DNA of 64,000 bases from a virus (taxonomy: Duplodnaviria; Caudoviricetes), in the IMG/VR virus record IMGVR_UViG_3300008259_002957; one strand, 5' to 3'. Positions 31,077-39,774 of this stretch are shown in pieces. The translations under genes were made by a program, and so were the position numbers. The notes beneath the pieces were generated by a model. That model was not told where the DNA came from. It did not search any database and was given only the letters and a program-made list of their open reading frames with translations. The stretch's first letter is position 1; the number at the start of each line of letters is the position of its first letter.

Positions 31077-31703
31077 TTATTGGAGCCTGCTTATTATATT
31101 TAATAAGCTCTCTGCAATGTATTTTTGTGCCTTTTTGTCGCCTTGAACTTCCTTACTAGTAAGGATTGCCTTGTATCCACCTCTTGTATTCATTAGGTGT
31201 TCGTAAATTGGTGTTGGATAAGCGCCTGGCGCACTAGGCTGTGCTACTACGTCAACAGTGATTATCTCAAATTCTGATACAGTATTGCTTTCATCTTCGG
31301 AAACATTACCGCTACCTCGCGATGAGACACCTAGTTTCACGCCGCTTTCCAGCATTGTTCTAACTAGTTGTCCCATCGGAGTTGGTAGTATTTTCAACTT
31401 TCCATAACCGTTTGGTCCATCCATCCACATTTCTGTAATCATATGGCTTACACGGTCGAGGTTGATGTTAAGTCCCTCCGGATGATCTACTTCTCCAAGA
31501 ACTGAATAACCACCAGCAATCTGATCGTTGAGAGTGTTGACAGCCCTGCCGATTTCGTTAACGGGATAGACACGCTGATTTGCGTTTCTTACTCCACCTT
31601 GAATGCAAATACCTTTCATGTAAAGATTTTTGCCTTCTTCAGCAGACTCCACGATCATCCTGGCTTGGTCGAAACTCAAACTCTCTCTTAAGTAGTTCAT
31701 CAT
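31077..31703 (-). CDS. gp21: Prohead protease (T4 gp21-like)
   Basis: RNANQRVYP, LGEVDHP, NLDRVSH, TPMG, GVSSRGSG, TVDVVAQPSAP motifs. Confidence 0.95.
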   Translation of the reverse strand: MMNYLRESLSFDQARMIVESAEEGKNLYMKGICIQGGVRNANQRVYPVNEIGRAVNTLNDQIAGGYSVLGEVDHPEGLNINLDRVSHMITEMWMDGPNGYGKLKILPTPMGQLVRTMLESGVKLGVSSRGSGNVSEDESNTVSEFEIITVDVVAQPSAPGAYPTPIYEHLMNTRGGYKAILTSKEVQGDKKAQKYIAESLLNIISRLQ

Positions 31704-31722
31704 AGGTCCTTACTTTTTTGCC

Positions 31723-32730
31723 TTACTTGTTACGCACTACACCTTTGATGGTGCTTCCTGCGCCCTTGTCGGCAGTTTCTGGCTTACCTTTTTTTTCGGC
31801 GCCGTGACCTGGCTCTGACTTCTTGAAAGAAGTTTTACCAGCTTTACCGCCAGGAACATTTATGTTACCAGCGTTATCTTCCTTTGGAGTTCCTTTGAAA
31901 ACACTAGAACCCTTTAGGTGACCTTTGTTTGCTTCTACACCCGCTTCTGTAGTACTTTTAGCAATATTAGCAGTAGTACCGCCCATATCGTTCTTTGATG
32001 CTACAATTGACTTAGCATTAGTGCCGTTGTCGCCCATTTTTGCAGGAGCAACTTTTTCTACGTATTCACGCATTTGCTCACTGGCTGTCTTTTTTACGTC
32101 GGCTTTCTTTTTGTCGTCGGCTTTCTTGGCTTCAAAAGCAAATGCTTCTTTTGCATCGTCTTCTTCTTCGTCGCCTTCTTCGCCTTCTTCGTCTTCTTCA
32201 CCTTCGTCGTCCATGTCCATGTCCATGTCGTCGCCTTCTTCGTCGTCGCCTTCTTCGCCGTCGAGCATTGCTTGGAAGTCAGCCATTAGTTGCTCAAGTG
32301 CGCTATCAAGATCTGATCTTGTTAGAGGCTCGTCTGAACCGCCCATGTCATCCATGCCGTCCATACCAGCGTCACCCATACCAGCGTCGCTCATCATGTC
32401 GTCGGTTGCGTCGCCACCCATCATTGGGTCTGCTTCTAATTCAAACTCATCAAGTCCAAACATTTCGTCTAGATCATCTTCGGCGGCTTCGTCGACTTCT
32501 TCGTCTTCGTCAGCGGCTTCATCTAGTTCTTCGTCGTCTGAAGCTTCGTCAACTTCTTCGTCGTCGGCTTCGTCGATTGCTTCATCTTCTTCTTCTTCGG
32601 ATTCGATGATGGCTTGATAAATCTCACGTGATTTTTCTACTACAATCTCGTGGAATAATTCTTCTGCACCTGTGCGGTCTTCGTTAATTAGACGCTCAAG
32701 CATTTCTTCAAACTTGTTGCGATCAGTCAT
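31723..32730 (-). CDS. Acidic prohead core-like protein
   Basis: Very acidic central repeats ((I/V/L)DEA..), basic C-terminus, located between portal and protease like T4 gp67/gp68. TAAATA at 32766-32761. Confidence 0.6.
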   Translation of the reverse strand: MTDRNKFEEMLERLINEDRTGAEELFHEIVVEKSREIYQAIIESEEEEDEAIDEADDEEVDEASDDEELDEAADEDEEVDEAAEDDLDEMFGLDEFELEADPMMGGDATDDMMSDAGMGDAGMDGMDDMGGSDEPLTRSDLDSALEQLMADFQAMLDGEEGDDEEGDDMDMDMDDEGEEDEEGEEGDEEEDDAKEAFAFEAKKADDKKKADVKKTASEQMREYVEKVAPAKMGDNGTNAKSIVASKNDMGGTTANIAKSTTEAGVEANKGHLKGSSVFKGTPKEDNAGNINVPGGKAGKTSFKKSEPGHGAEKKGKPETADKGAGSTIKGVVRNK

Positions 32731-32790
32731 TGTTATCTCCTATGTCAAGGCTGTCAATTATATTTACACATAATTAAAAAAAGTACGCAG

Positions 32791-32815
32791 AAATAGGCTC
32801 AAAACAAGCCTATTT
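32791..32815 (-). terminator. Hairpin after the 248-aa gene (probable terminator)
   Basis: 9-bp inverted repeat AAATAGGCT / AGCCTATTT. The U-tract is short. Confidence 0.55.
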
Positions 32816-32827
32816 GATATTTATATA

Positions 32828-33574
32828 TCACAAATTGAAATTTTTCATAAATTTTTCAACTGTGACATGTGTCAAATTAGGTAATCCAATTAAAACATCA
32901 GGAACAAAACTCGATTGATCTTTAATTACTCTAATGTATTTAATCCTTGGATACTTTTTTATACAAGTTGATGTTTGTCTTGTCCAGTTACCATAATATG
33001 TTGCTCTGTCATTTATATTTTTATAATTTACTGTTCCTGAGTAAACATTGTTTACTAATTCATGATTTTTTCCAACGCCCTCGTAATCAAATCCAAGTAT
33101 ATAAATTATTTCGTAATTGTGTTCACTTGCAAGATTTAAAGCACTTGGTCCGCTGCTCCACCCTAGATTAGGATTAAACAAGTTTATCTTTGGTATTTCT
33201 CTAGAGTATCTGTTAGGGTTTGTCCAAACACGATTTTCTAAATGATAACCTGTACTGGTTATTTCTTTAATCATTTTTGTGTCAACAGCAATCAAATGAT
33301 CTGGTCTAAATTCTCTATACAGTGCATTGCATCCGTAGATTGTTCCATACGGCTTTAGATCTACCGGTGATATAGGAGCCCTGCTTGTACCATTTCCTAA
33401 AACAAATGCAGAGTTTTTTAAATTTACTTCTACGTTTGTTACAACAACAGGTGTTGGCAACACAGTTTTGATTACGGGGCTTTTTACTAAGGATGCTTTT
33501 TTTGAAAGTTTTTCTCTTTCTTTTCTAGCACGGCGCTGACTTTTTGTTTCACCTTCGAAATACTTTTTAGACAA
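32828..33574 (-). CDS. MAF_flag10/DUF115-like, sialyltransferase-fold-type protein with basic N-terminus
   Basis: AFVLGNGTS, IYGCNALY, PDHLIAVD, SSG..AL.LA and IYILGFD motifs. Confidence 0.55.
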   Translation of the reverse strand: MSKKYFEGETKSQRRARKEREKLSKKASLVKSPVIKTVLPTPVVVTNVEVNLKNSAFVLGNGTSRAPISPVDLKPYGTIYGCNALYREFRPDHLIAVDTKMIKEITSTGYHLENRVWTNPNRYSREIPKINLFNPNLGWSSGPSALNLASEHNYEIIYILGFDYEGVGKNHELVNNVYSGTVNYKNINDRATYYGNWTRQTSTCIKKYPRIKYIRVIKDQSSFVPDVLIGLPNLTHVTVEKFMKNFNL

Positions 33575-33584
33575 AAGTTATTCC

Positions 33585-33833
33585 TTATACAGTTTCAGCA
33601 GGTGCTTGTGAAGCAATTCCGTACATGGATCTAATATATTCTAAATCTTTTTGTGCTTCTGATCTGTGAAGGTCGTCGGCTCTACGTGCTCGATTAATAT
33701 CTTTTAGTGTAAGTCTAGTCTTGCGTGTATCATCAATATCCACAACAGATTCGTCGCTGAATTCGTCGTAACGATCATCTTCAATCGGTTCCATTGTCTT
33801 TTTATCAAAATAAAATAGTTCACGTAGTATCAT
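33585..33833 (-). CDS. Small hypothetical late protein (82 aa)
   Basis: TAAATA-N5-ATG start directly after the portal stop. Lies in the head module. Confidence 0.75.
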   Translation of the reverse strand: MILRELFYFDKKTMEPIEDDRYDEFSDESVVDIDDTRKTRLTLKDINRARRADDLHRSEAQKDLEYIRSMYGIASQAPAETV

Positions 33834-33841
33834 AATATTAT

Positions 33842-35566
33842 TTATGCCGTAAATGGTTCATTGCCTGCCGGAGGTGCTGCGGCGCCTGCTGGTGCTGCTG
33901 GTGTTTCGCCTTCTGCTCCTAGATCGGGTTCCTCGCCTTCAGCAGATCCGAGATCGTTGCTGATATCCGCACCTGAAATACCAGCGCCTCTCATTTGTGC
34001 TGATGCATCTTGTTCGCCAACAGCAAACGACTCATCGTTTTCTTCTCTCCACATGCGTTCGTTTTCAGCAACTTCTTCTTTTGATAGTCCTAAGAAACGC
34101 ATCAATGCAAAACGATTTGAAATAAATGGAATTTGCTGAATTGTTGAGAATGTGTTGATACGATTTGTATCTAGTTCTGCTTGACGATAACTTGCAAAGT
34201 TTTGCGGAGGTTGCAGTTTTAGATCAAACATCGCAACGTCAATGTTTACACCTTTTTGTGTTAGATAAAGTTTAAACTCTCTGTTGAAAATTTCTGATAC
34301 TAAGGTTTGCAAACGTTCGCAGTAATTGTTGAAACGTAGTTCTTGAATGTATGCTGTTCCAACACGGCCGTCATTGTATTGACTGTTTGCATCATCAGCG
34401 CCAGTTGGAAGGTACGAACTTGGGATACGTAGTCCGCGTAATAACTTATTAGTGAAGTATCGTAAATCATCAATCTCTCCTAGGTTAGTACCGCCTGGTA
34501 GTGTTTCAACTTTACTTCCTCTACCTTCAGCAGTTTGAGGGAAGAAGTAATCTTCATTGATACTCAGTGGGTTGTATGTGCTATCAATAATGTTAGCGCC
34601 GCCGCCAGTTTTACTTGGTATTCTTCTTTGGTGAATTTCTGTTTTAACTCTTTCAACAAACTGCATTGCAAGGTGACTGGGCATGTTACCTACGTCAACA
34701 TAGAATACTCTGCGTTCTGGCGCACGTTGTACACGATAGATAATAATAGCATCTTCCAGCAGTTCTTTTTGTTTATAAACTTTAAAGATAGTTTCAAGTA
34801 AACTGTTGCCAAAAGGAAAATTGTTGTCTAGACCTTCGCTTAGACTTAGATGAACAACATGTTCTGCATCAATTGCTGTTTCGTTTGACTCATTCATAAA
34901 ACGACTAGTTGATGAATCAGGTGTTCTACCTGTCATGTATTTCTGATCAAGTGTTTGATAGCCGGGTTGGTTTCCGCCTGGGCCGTAAGCATTTGTTGTG
35001 TTGATCTTTGTTGCACTTAATCCTTCAAATGCAATGTTTAGATCACGTACAATATACTGCTCAGGTCTTTTGCCTTCGCTTTCGTTAACAATAATCTTTG
35101 TTAGGTTGGCTGGATCAATGTGAAACCATTTTTTATTTTCTGGATCACGAATAAAAAATTGATCGCCATATTTAAAAACGTTACGAATAATTTTAAACAT
35201 ACGAGTTTCAAACTCGTTGATCTTGCACCACTGCTTTAGGTATTGTGCTAGAACTGTAATTTCTGTGTTGGTTGCAGGACTGTTAAACTGAATACGGAAA
35301 GGTGTATTGTTTTCTTTGTTCACTTGAGTACAGAATTCAGCAAGAATATCCAATGCTGCATTAACTTCACTGTCATTGTCCATGGTGTTGTATTGACCGT
35401 AGCGTTCAATACGATTAGGTGATCCAACATAAACATCTGGCAGGTGACTGCTATAGTTTGTAGCAGCAGGTCCTACTCCGGTACCTCGTGCAAAACTAAA
35501 CGGCGAATAACTTCCGCTTACATTCATATTTGTAGGAACGGGGGTAAAATACTTTTTCCAACTCAT
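33842..35566 (-). CDS. gp20: Portal protein (T4 gp20-like)
   Basis: LLEDAIIIYRVQRAPERRVFYVDVGNMP, EDYFFP..EGRGSKVETLPGG.NLGEIDD..YF..KL.RGLRIP motifs. Confidence 0.96.
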   Translation of the reverse strand: MSWKKYFTPVPTNMNVSGSYSPFSFARGTGVGPAATNYSSHLPDVYVGSPNRIERYGQYNTMDNDSEVNAALDILAEFCTQVNKENNTPFRIQFNSPATNTEITVLAQYLKQWCKINEFETRMFKIIRNVFKYGDQFFIRDPENKKWFHIDPANLTKIIVNESEGKRPEQYIVRDLNIAFEGLSATKINTTNAYGPGGNQPGYQTLDQKYMTGRTPDSSTSRFMNESNETAIDAEHVVHLSLSEGLDNNFPFGNSLLETIFKVYKQKELLEDAIIIYRVQRAPERRVFYVDVGNMPSHLAMQFVERVKTEIHQRRIPSKTGGGANIIDSTYNPLSINEDYFFPQTAEGRGSKVETLPGGTNLGEIDDLRYFTNKLLRGLRIPSSYLPTGADDANSQYNDGRVGTAYIQELRFNNYCERLQTLVSEIFNREFKLYLTQKGVNIDVAMFDLKLQPPQNFASYRQAELDTNRINTFSTIQQIPFISNRFALMRFLGLSKEEVAENERMWREENDESFAVGEQDASAQMRGAGISGADISNDLGSAEGEEPDLGAEGETPAAPAGAAAPPAGNEPFTA

Positions 35567-37953
35567 CTACCAACACCTCTCATTGCATCTGTTCCTAAAC
35601 TTTTAATTGATCTTGTAGTCTGTCTTGCTACATTGACAGAATCTTGTAATAAATCTACTGCTTTTAGCATACTTGTATTTAACTCTTCTACTTTTTTAAC
35701 CAATTGCGATTGAATATTATTTAAATTATTATAAACTTGAGTTTCTTGTGGATTCAACACTCTTTCGCCTTGATGAATCTGTGTTATTGCATTGTTTGGC
35801 TCTGCTGGTAATCCAGTTGACCTATAAGTCCCAATCTGTCGACGATTAATATCAGGTGCAGGCACTGCTGGATTACCGGGTCGATAAGCTATAGGAGCTT
35901 TATTTGGATCAGTTAAATTAGCAATAGTTTTTGCAAAAAGTTGTCTTTCTTCTTCAGTCGCTGTTCCTGCTTCGTATTTTGCGCCAAGAGATTCAAGTGC
36001 TGCTTCTATTCTTCCATTCATTGTCCAATAGTCGTCAGCACTATCACCTAGATGTTGCATTAACTTATCGTAGGTTTCTTTACCACCAACAGATTCTACA
36101 CCAGCAACTTCTGATACGTTCCAAAATCCTTTACCAAGTGCTGCGGTTAGTGCATTTTCTACATCAATGTTACCACCTGTAGTTGCTTGTCTGTTTGCAA
36201 CTTCTTCTCTGTCAATACCTAACAAAGTGTTCAAGGTCGTACTATTAACGAACATATCTTCAATAGTTCGTACTAAGCCTTCGAAGAAGTCTGCAATGTT
36301 ATTTCTTAATGCTAAACCGGTTTCACTGTTCCACCAACCAGAAATAGTTTCACCAACAGTTTTCATAGCATCCCAAAAAGCATCATAGATGTTTTGTCTA
36401 CCTTGTTCATCAAATGGATTATAAAGTGTTGGATCAAATCCTTGCAACCACGTTGCAAAATTTTCAAGTTCTGTTGTTATAATAGGTGTATAGTATTCAA
36501 CCCATTGACCAAATTTGTCAAGTCCGCTCATAACTGCTTCGTTTCCAAAGAACGAAGTTACCATTTTTGATAGTGAGTCTCTAACACCTTGTGTTGCAGT
36601 GTCAAATGTAAGTATTGCTTCAGCAGCAGGATCTAATTTACCACCCAGTGAATCAATATCTCCAGAATATATATTTAAACCGTTTATAATTGCATTAAAT
36701 GCGTCACCAATTGGGCTACCTTTCATACTTAAAATAGCAGCAAGTTGTGCATTTTCATCTATCCAACTTTGTAAACTTATTGCTAGATTATGATTTTGTT
36801 CTCGAACAGTGCCCATAAACTCGTCTGTTGATCCAGCAAAGGTTTGTGCAGATTGCTTTTGACTTTCAAGTGCAGATTGAATGTCTGGCATAACTGCCGC
36901 CATCTTTTGAGAGCCTTCAGTTAAAGGTGAAACTCCCATAATAGTTGCCATTGCAAGTTCTCTACCCGAGTCTCCAAATGTAGCACCATATTCTTCAATT
37001 AGTCTCTTATACTTGTCTTGTAAAGCAGGATCGTCTATGCCTGCAATAAACGCTTCGAACCCTTTGTGTAAATTAGCTTTTTCTAATTCACCTTGAATTT
37101 CGTCTACTTGCTTACCTGTTAACTCAGAAAGTTTTCTTAAATTAATAGCATAACCTTGACTCATATTCGTTACATCAGATTCAGTAATAGTTCTTCTTCT
37201 TAGTGCAATAGCATTTTGAGCAAGAAATTCTGTGAATATTTCACCTTGTTCGGAAAAACTCATTCCCCAGGCTGCAAGAACATTTTTGTTATTATTAAAT
37301 GCTCGTTGATTTAAAATCATCGCAGTTCTAGCGCCTTTTGATGCTGTACCAAGCATTGCAAGTTGTTCAGAATTAGCAGCAAGACTAGCAGCCATTCCTT
37401 CGAGTGACTGTCCGGAACCAGCATACATCTCGGTTAAACTTCCAACCATGCCACCAAGTTGTATACCGCTTTTGCTTAGATCTTGAAATGTTGTATAGTT
37501 TCCATAAACAAGTTTAGTAAGAACGTTGACCGCAGTACCTAATCCTAAGATGTTTAATCTGCTATCTTCAATAGCACCAGTAAAGTCTGTAATCGTTGGC
37601 GGAGAAGTAATCATCATTTCAGTAAATTGACTGAATGCAGTTATGCCACTACCAACAGCAGTACCAAGACCGCCAATAATTTTAAATACGCCCATAAATG
37701 CTTTGCCAACAACCGCAACACTTGTTGTTAAAACACTTAAACTACTACCAAGGTCATCAACTTCTTCGGCAGTATCTTCAGAAGCATCTCTTAAATCACG
37801 TAATCCTCTATTGGCACTGCTAGTGCTAGCACCAGATTGTTTTGCTAATTTTTCCATTGCTTCTTTAAGCAAGACTAATGTTGCTTCGCTAGCAGCGTTC
37901 TCTAACAGAGAACCGTCGAGATCACCACCTTTTATACTAACTCTTTCAGCCAT
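35563..37953 (-). CDS. Tape measure protein (probable)
   Basis: 796-aa Ala/Gly/Ser-rich helical protein with amphipathic segments, next to hub-chaperone genes. TAAATA at 38011-38006. Confidence 0.7.
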   Translation of the reverse strand: MAERVSIKGGDLDGSLLENAASEATLVLLKEAMEKLAKQSGASTSSANRGLRDLRDASEDTAEEVDDLGSSLSVLTTSVAVVGKAFMGVFKIIGGLGTAVGSGITAFSQFTEMMITSPPTITDFTGAIEDSRLNILGLGTAVNVLTKLVYGNYTTFQDLSKSGIQLGGMVGSLTEMYAGSGQSLEGMAASLAANSEQLAMLGTASKGARTAMILNQRAFNNNKNVLAAWGMSFSEQGEIFTEFLAQNAIALRRRTITESDVTNMSQGYAINLRKLSELTGKQVDEIQGELEKANLHKGFEAFIAGIDDPALQDKYKRLIEEYGATFGDSGRELAMATIMGVSPLTEGSQKMAAVMPDIQSALESQKQSAQTFAGSTDEFMGTVREQNHNLAISLQSWIDENAQLAAILSMKGSPIGDAFNAIINGLNIYSGDIDSLGGKLDPAAEAILTFDTATQGVRDSLSKMVTSFFGNEAVMSGLDKFGQWVEYYTPIITTELENFATWLQGFDPTLYNPFDEQGRQNIYDAFWDAMKTVGETISGWWNSETGLALRNNIADFFEGLVRTIEDMFVNSTTLNTLLGIDREEVANRQATTGGNIDVENALTAALGKGFWNVSEVAGVESVGGKETYDKLMQHLGDSADDYWTMNGRIEAALESLGAKYEAGTATEEERQLFAKTIANLTDPNKAPIAYRPGNPAVPAPDINRRQIGTYRSTGLPAEPNNAITQIHQGERVLNPQETQVYNNLNNIQSQLVKKVEELNTSMLKAVDLLQDSVNVARQTTRSIKSLGTDAMRGVGR

Positions 37954-38024
37954 TGATTATTCCAAAACATAAACTACGCATATAATTTGAGAGATATATA
38001 CATTATATTTATCAGGAGATAATA

Positions 38025-38888
38025 ATGGTTCCCCAAAGCGCAAATCCTCTATCAAAGCATTTCAGACAGCCTAAAATTTATATACGTCTACCGAGTGAAG
38101 GATTGTGGTACGGCAATGCACTGGAAAAAACAGAATCGGGTGAATACCCTGTGCTTTCTATGACTGCAAAAGACGAACTGTCATATAAAACTCCAGATGC
38201 ATTACTCAACGGTCAAGCAACTGTTGATGTAATTCAAAGTTGTATTCCAAATATCAAAGATGCATGGAAAGTTCCAAACATTGATTTGGATGTTATCTTG
38301 ATTGCAATTAGAATTGCAACCTATGGTGAAAAAATGGACTTAACCATCACTGTTCCAGGTATAAACGAAGAGCGTGGATTCGAAATTGATCTAAGAACAG
38401 TAATGGATCAATTTATGACTGCTTCCTTTGATAATATTGTTGTAGTTGATGAGTTTCAAATTGAAATACAACCGATTTCTTATAAATCTTCAAACGACAT
38501 TTCAATCAAAACGTTCGAAGAACAACGTATATTTTCTCTATTGAAAAACAACAACATCAGTGAAGAAGATAAGTTAACAAGAATTAGAGAAAGTTTTGAA
38601 AAACTCACAAACATCAACATCGAACTGGTAAAAAACAGTATTGTTTCAATTCGTTATAACAATGACGATGCTGTTGTTAATAAAAATTATATAAGTGAAT
38701 TCATTGACAATGCTGACAAAAAAATCTATTATGCAATTGTCAAGCACATTGAAAATCAAAGAAACAAGTTTACTATTAGACCATTTAAAACAACACTGCC
38801 TCCCGAAGATGTTGAACGCGGTGCACCAGAATTTTTAGAAATTCCAATCACATTTGATCAAGCAAGTTTTTTCGGCAAAGGATCTTAA
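38025..38888 (+). CDS. gp26: Baseplate hub / tail assembly chaperone (T4 gp26-like)
   Basis: NPL..HFRQP.IY..LPS, V.SMTAKDE, D.D.ILIAIR..TYGE motifs and a C-terminal ..SFF. CAGGAG SD. Confidence 0.8.
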   Translation: MVPQSANPLSKHFRQPKIYIRLPSEGLWYGNALEKTESGEYPVLSMTAKDELSYKTPDALLNGQATVDVIQSCIPNIKDAWKVPNIDLDVILIAIRIATYGEKMDLTITVPGINEERGFEIDLRTVMDQFMTASFDNIVVVDEFQIEIQPISYKSSNDISIKTFEEQRIFSLLKNNNISEEDKLTRIRESFEKLTNINIELVKNSIVSIRYNNDDAVVNKNYISEFIDNADKKIYYAIVKHIENQRNKFTIRPFKTTLPPEDVERGAPEFLEIPITFDQASFFGKGS

Positions 38889-38928
38889 CTTTACCATTAG
38901 AAGAAATTCTAAAACAAGTTGAGATCCT
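38867..38928 (+). promoter_or_regulatory. Predicted -1 programmed ribosomal frameshift signal
   Basis: Slippery heptamer T-TTT-TTC (38867-38873), 5-6 nt spacer, 13-bp stem (38879-38891 with 38916-38928, one G.U) topped by TTAGAA-GAAA-TTCTAA. Confidence 0.75.
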
Positions 38929-39103
38929 CGAACAAGAGTCAAAACAACTAAAACACGACTTGTACAAATTGTGTTGGTACATGAGAGGAGGCTTATCTGT
39001 TACAGAGGCCTTCGATCTGTCATTCGAAGATAGAGAAATATTATCAAACATTGTCAAGGACAATTTAGAAACTTCTAAGAAAACCGGACAACCGTTCTTT
39101 TAA
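38867..39103 (+). CDS. gp51-like chaperone domain in the -1 frame, with no upstream start codon of its own
   Basis: The frame is open from TGA 38855-57 to TAA 39101-03 and encodes RQRILTLPLEEILKQVEILEQESKQLKHDLYKLCWYMRGGLSVTEAFDLSFEDREILSNIVKDNLETSKKTGQPFF. The first ATG is at 38981. Confidence 0.7.
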   Translation, partial: FFRQRILTLPLEEILKQVEILEQESKQLKHDLYKLCWYMRGGLSVTEAFDLSFEDREILSNIVKDNLETSKKTGQPFF

Positions 39104-39646
39104 TTAAAGTCTTGCTTTTAGTGCAGCTTTTTGTTGAGGTGTTAAACTATTAACAAAGGCTGTTATATCAGGAGCACCGCCAGATGGCGGTGGTGGGTTA
39201 CCACCTGATGGCGGTGGTGGGTTACCACCTGGTGGCGGATTACCTGCTCCTGTAGCAGGTGGAGTAGAAGGTCTAGCATATCTACTTTTTCTCGATCCGG
39301 GACCAGCAGATTGGAACGCTGCTCTAACAGCTTTGTCAACGTATTGTTTAACTTCTGCAGAAGTTAAAGGAGCATCGGGTTCTGTACCTGTGTTGCCACT
39401 TGTACGATCTCCAGCAATACTATCAACAGTGGCTGGATCAAGTCCTTTTTGATCTAAGAAATTTTTAAATTGATCAATAGTAATGTTTGGTAATCTACTA
39501 TGTTTCATCCAAGTTTTGAGATCAGCAGTTATTTGTCCAGCATCGGCTTTGATATTTTTACCTACTTTTCTGTCTTGTTTCCATTGTTTAGTAAATGGAA
39601 TTGCTTCATCTAATTCTGATTCAGAGATAACTTGATTGATTTTCAT
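39104..39646 (-). CDS. Hypothetical late protein with Pro/Gly-rich C-terminal repeats
   Basis: Likely start ATG 39646 (MKINQVISESELDEA) after TAAATA 39678-39673. Contains GGNPPPPS repeats. Confidence 0.7.
   Translation of the reverse strand: MKINQVISESELDEAIPFTKQWKQDRKVGKNIKADAGQITADLKTWMKHSRLPNITIDQFKNFLDQKGLDPATVDSIAGDRTSGNTGTEPDAPLTSAEVKQYVDKAVRAAFQSAGPGSRKSRYARPSTPPATGAGNPPPGGNPPPPSGGNPPPPSGGAPDITAFVNSLTPQQKAALKARL
39183..39230. repeat. Perfect 24-nt tandem repeat (2 copies, plus a degenerate neighbour)
   Basis: GATGGCGGTGGTGGGTTACCACCT twice, encoding GGNPPPPS on the minus strand. Confidence 0.9.
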
Positions 39647-39774
39647 TTTATTAGATCCTAAATGATTTATTTTATTTATCATAGCAAGATGAACTGCGTT
39701 CATCTGTATCTTCGCTTACGCTCAATACATAATCTTTTTTTTAATTATATAAGCACGAAGTGTATAAATTTTCT

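Noticed and set aside
31925-32617. Antisense ORFs of 230, 189 and 71 aa (also 13311..13979, 14761..15174, 33861..34139 and similar)
   Set aside because: Shadow frames of low-complexity or codon-biased genes on the opposite strand. They are Ser/Arg-rich, with no SD or promoter.
32740-32757. Tandem TTGACA-GCC-TTGACA in the head-operon leader as a sigma70 promoter
   Set aside because: No -10 element at 16-18 nt, and the hexamers lie downstream of the late TAAATA box right at the SD.
38848-39063. 71-aa minus-strand ORF in the ORF track
   Set aside because: It is the antisense shadow of the plus-strand gp51-like frame, which has the better protein-like pattern and the frameshift signal.
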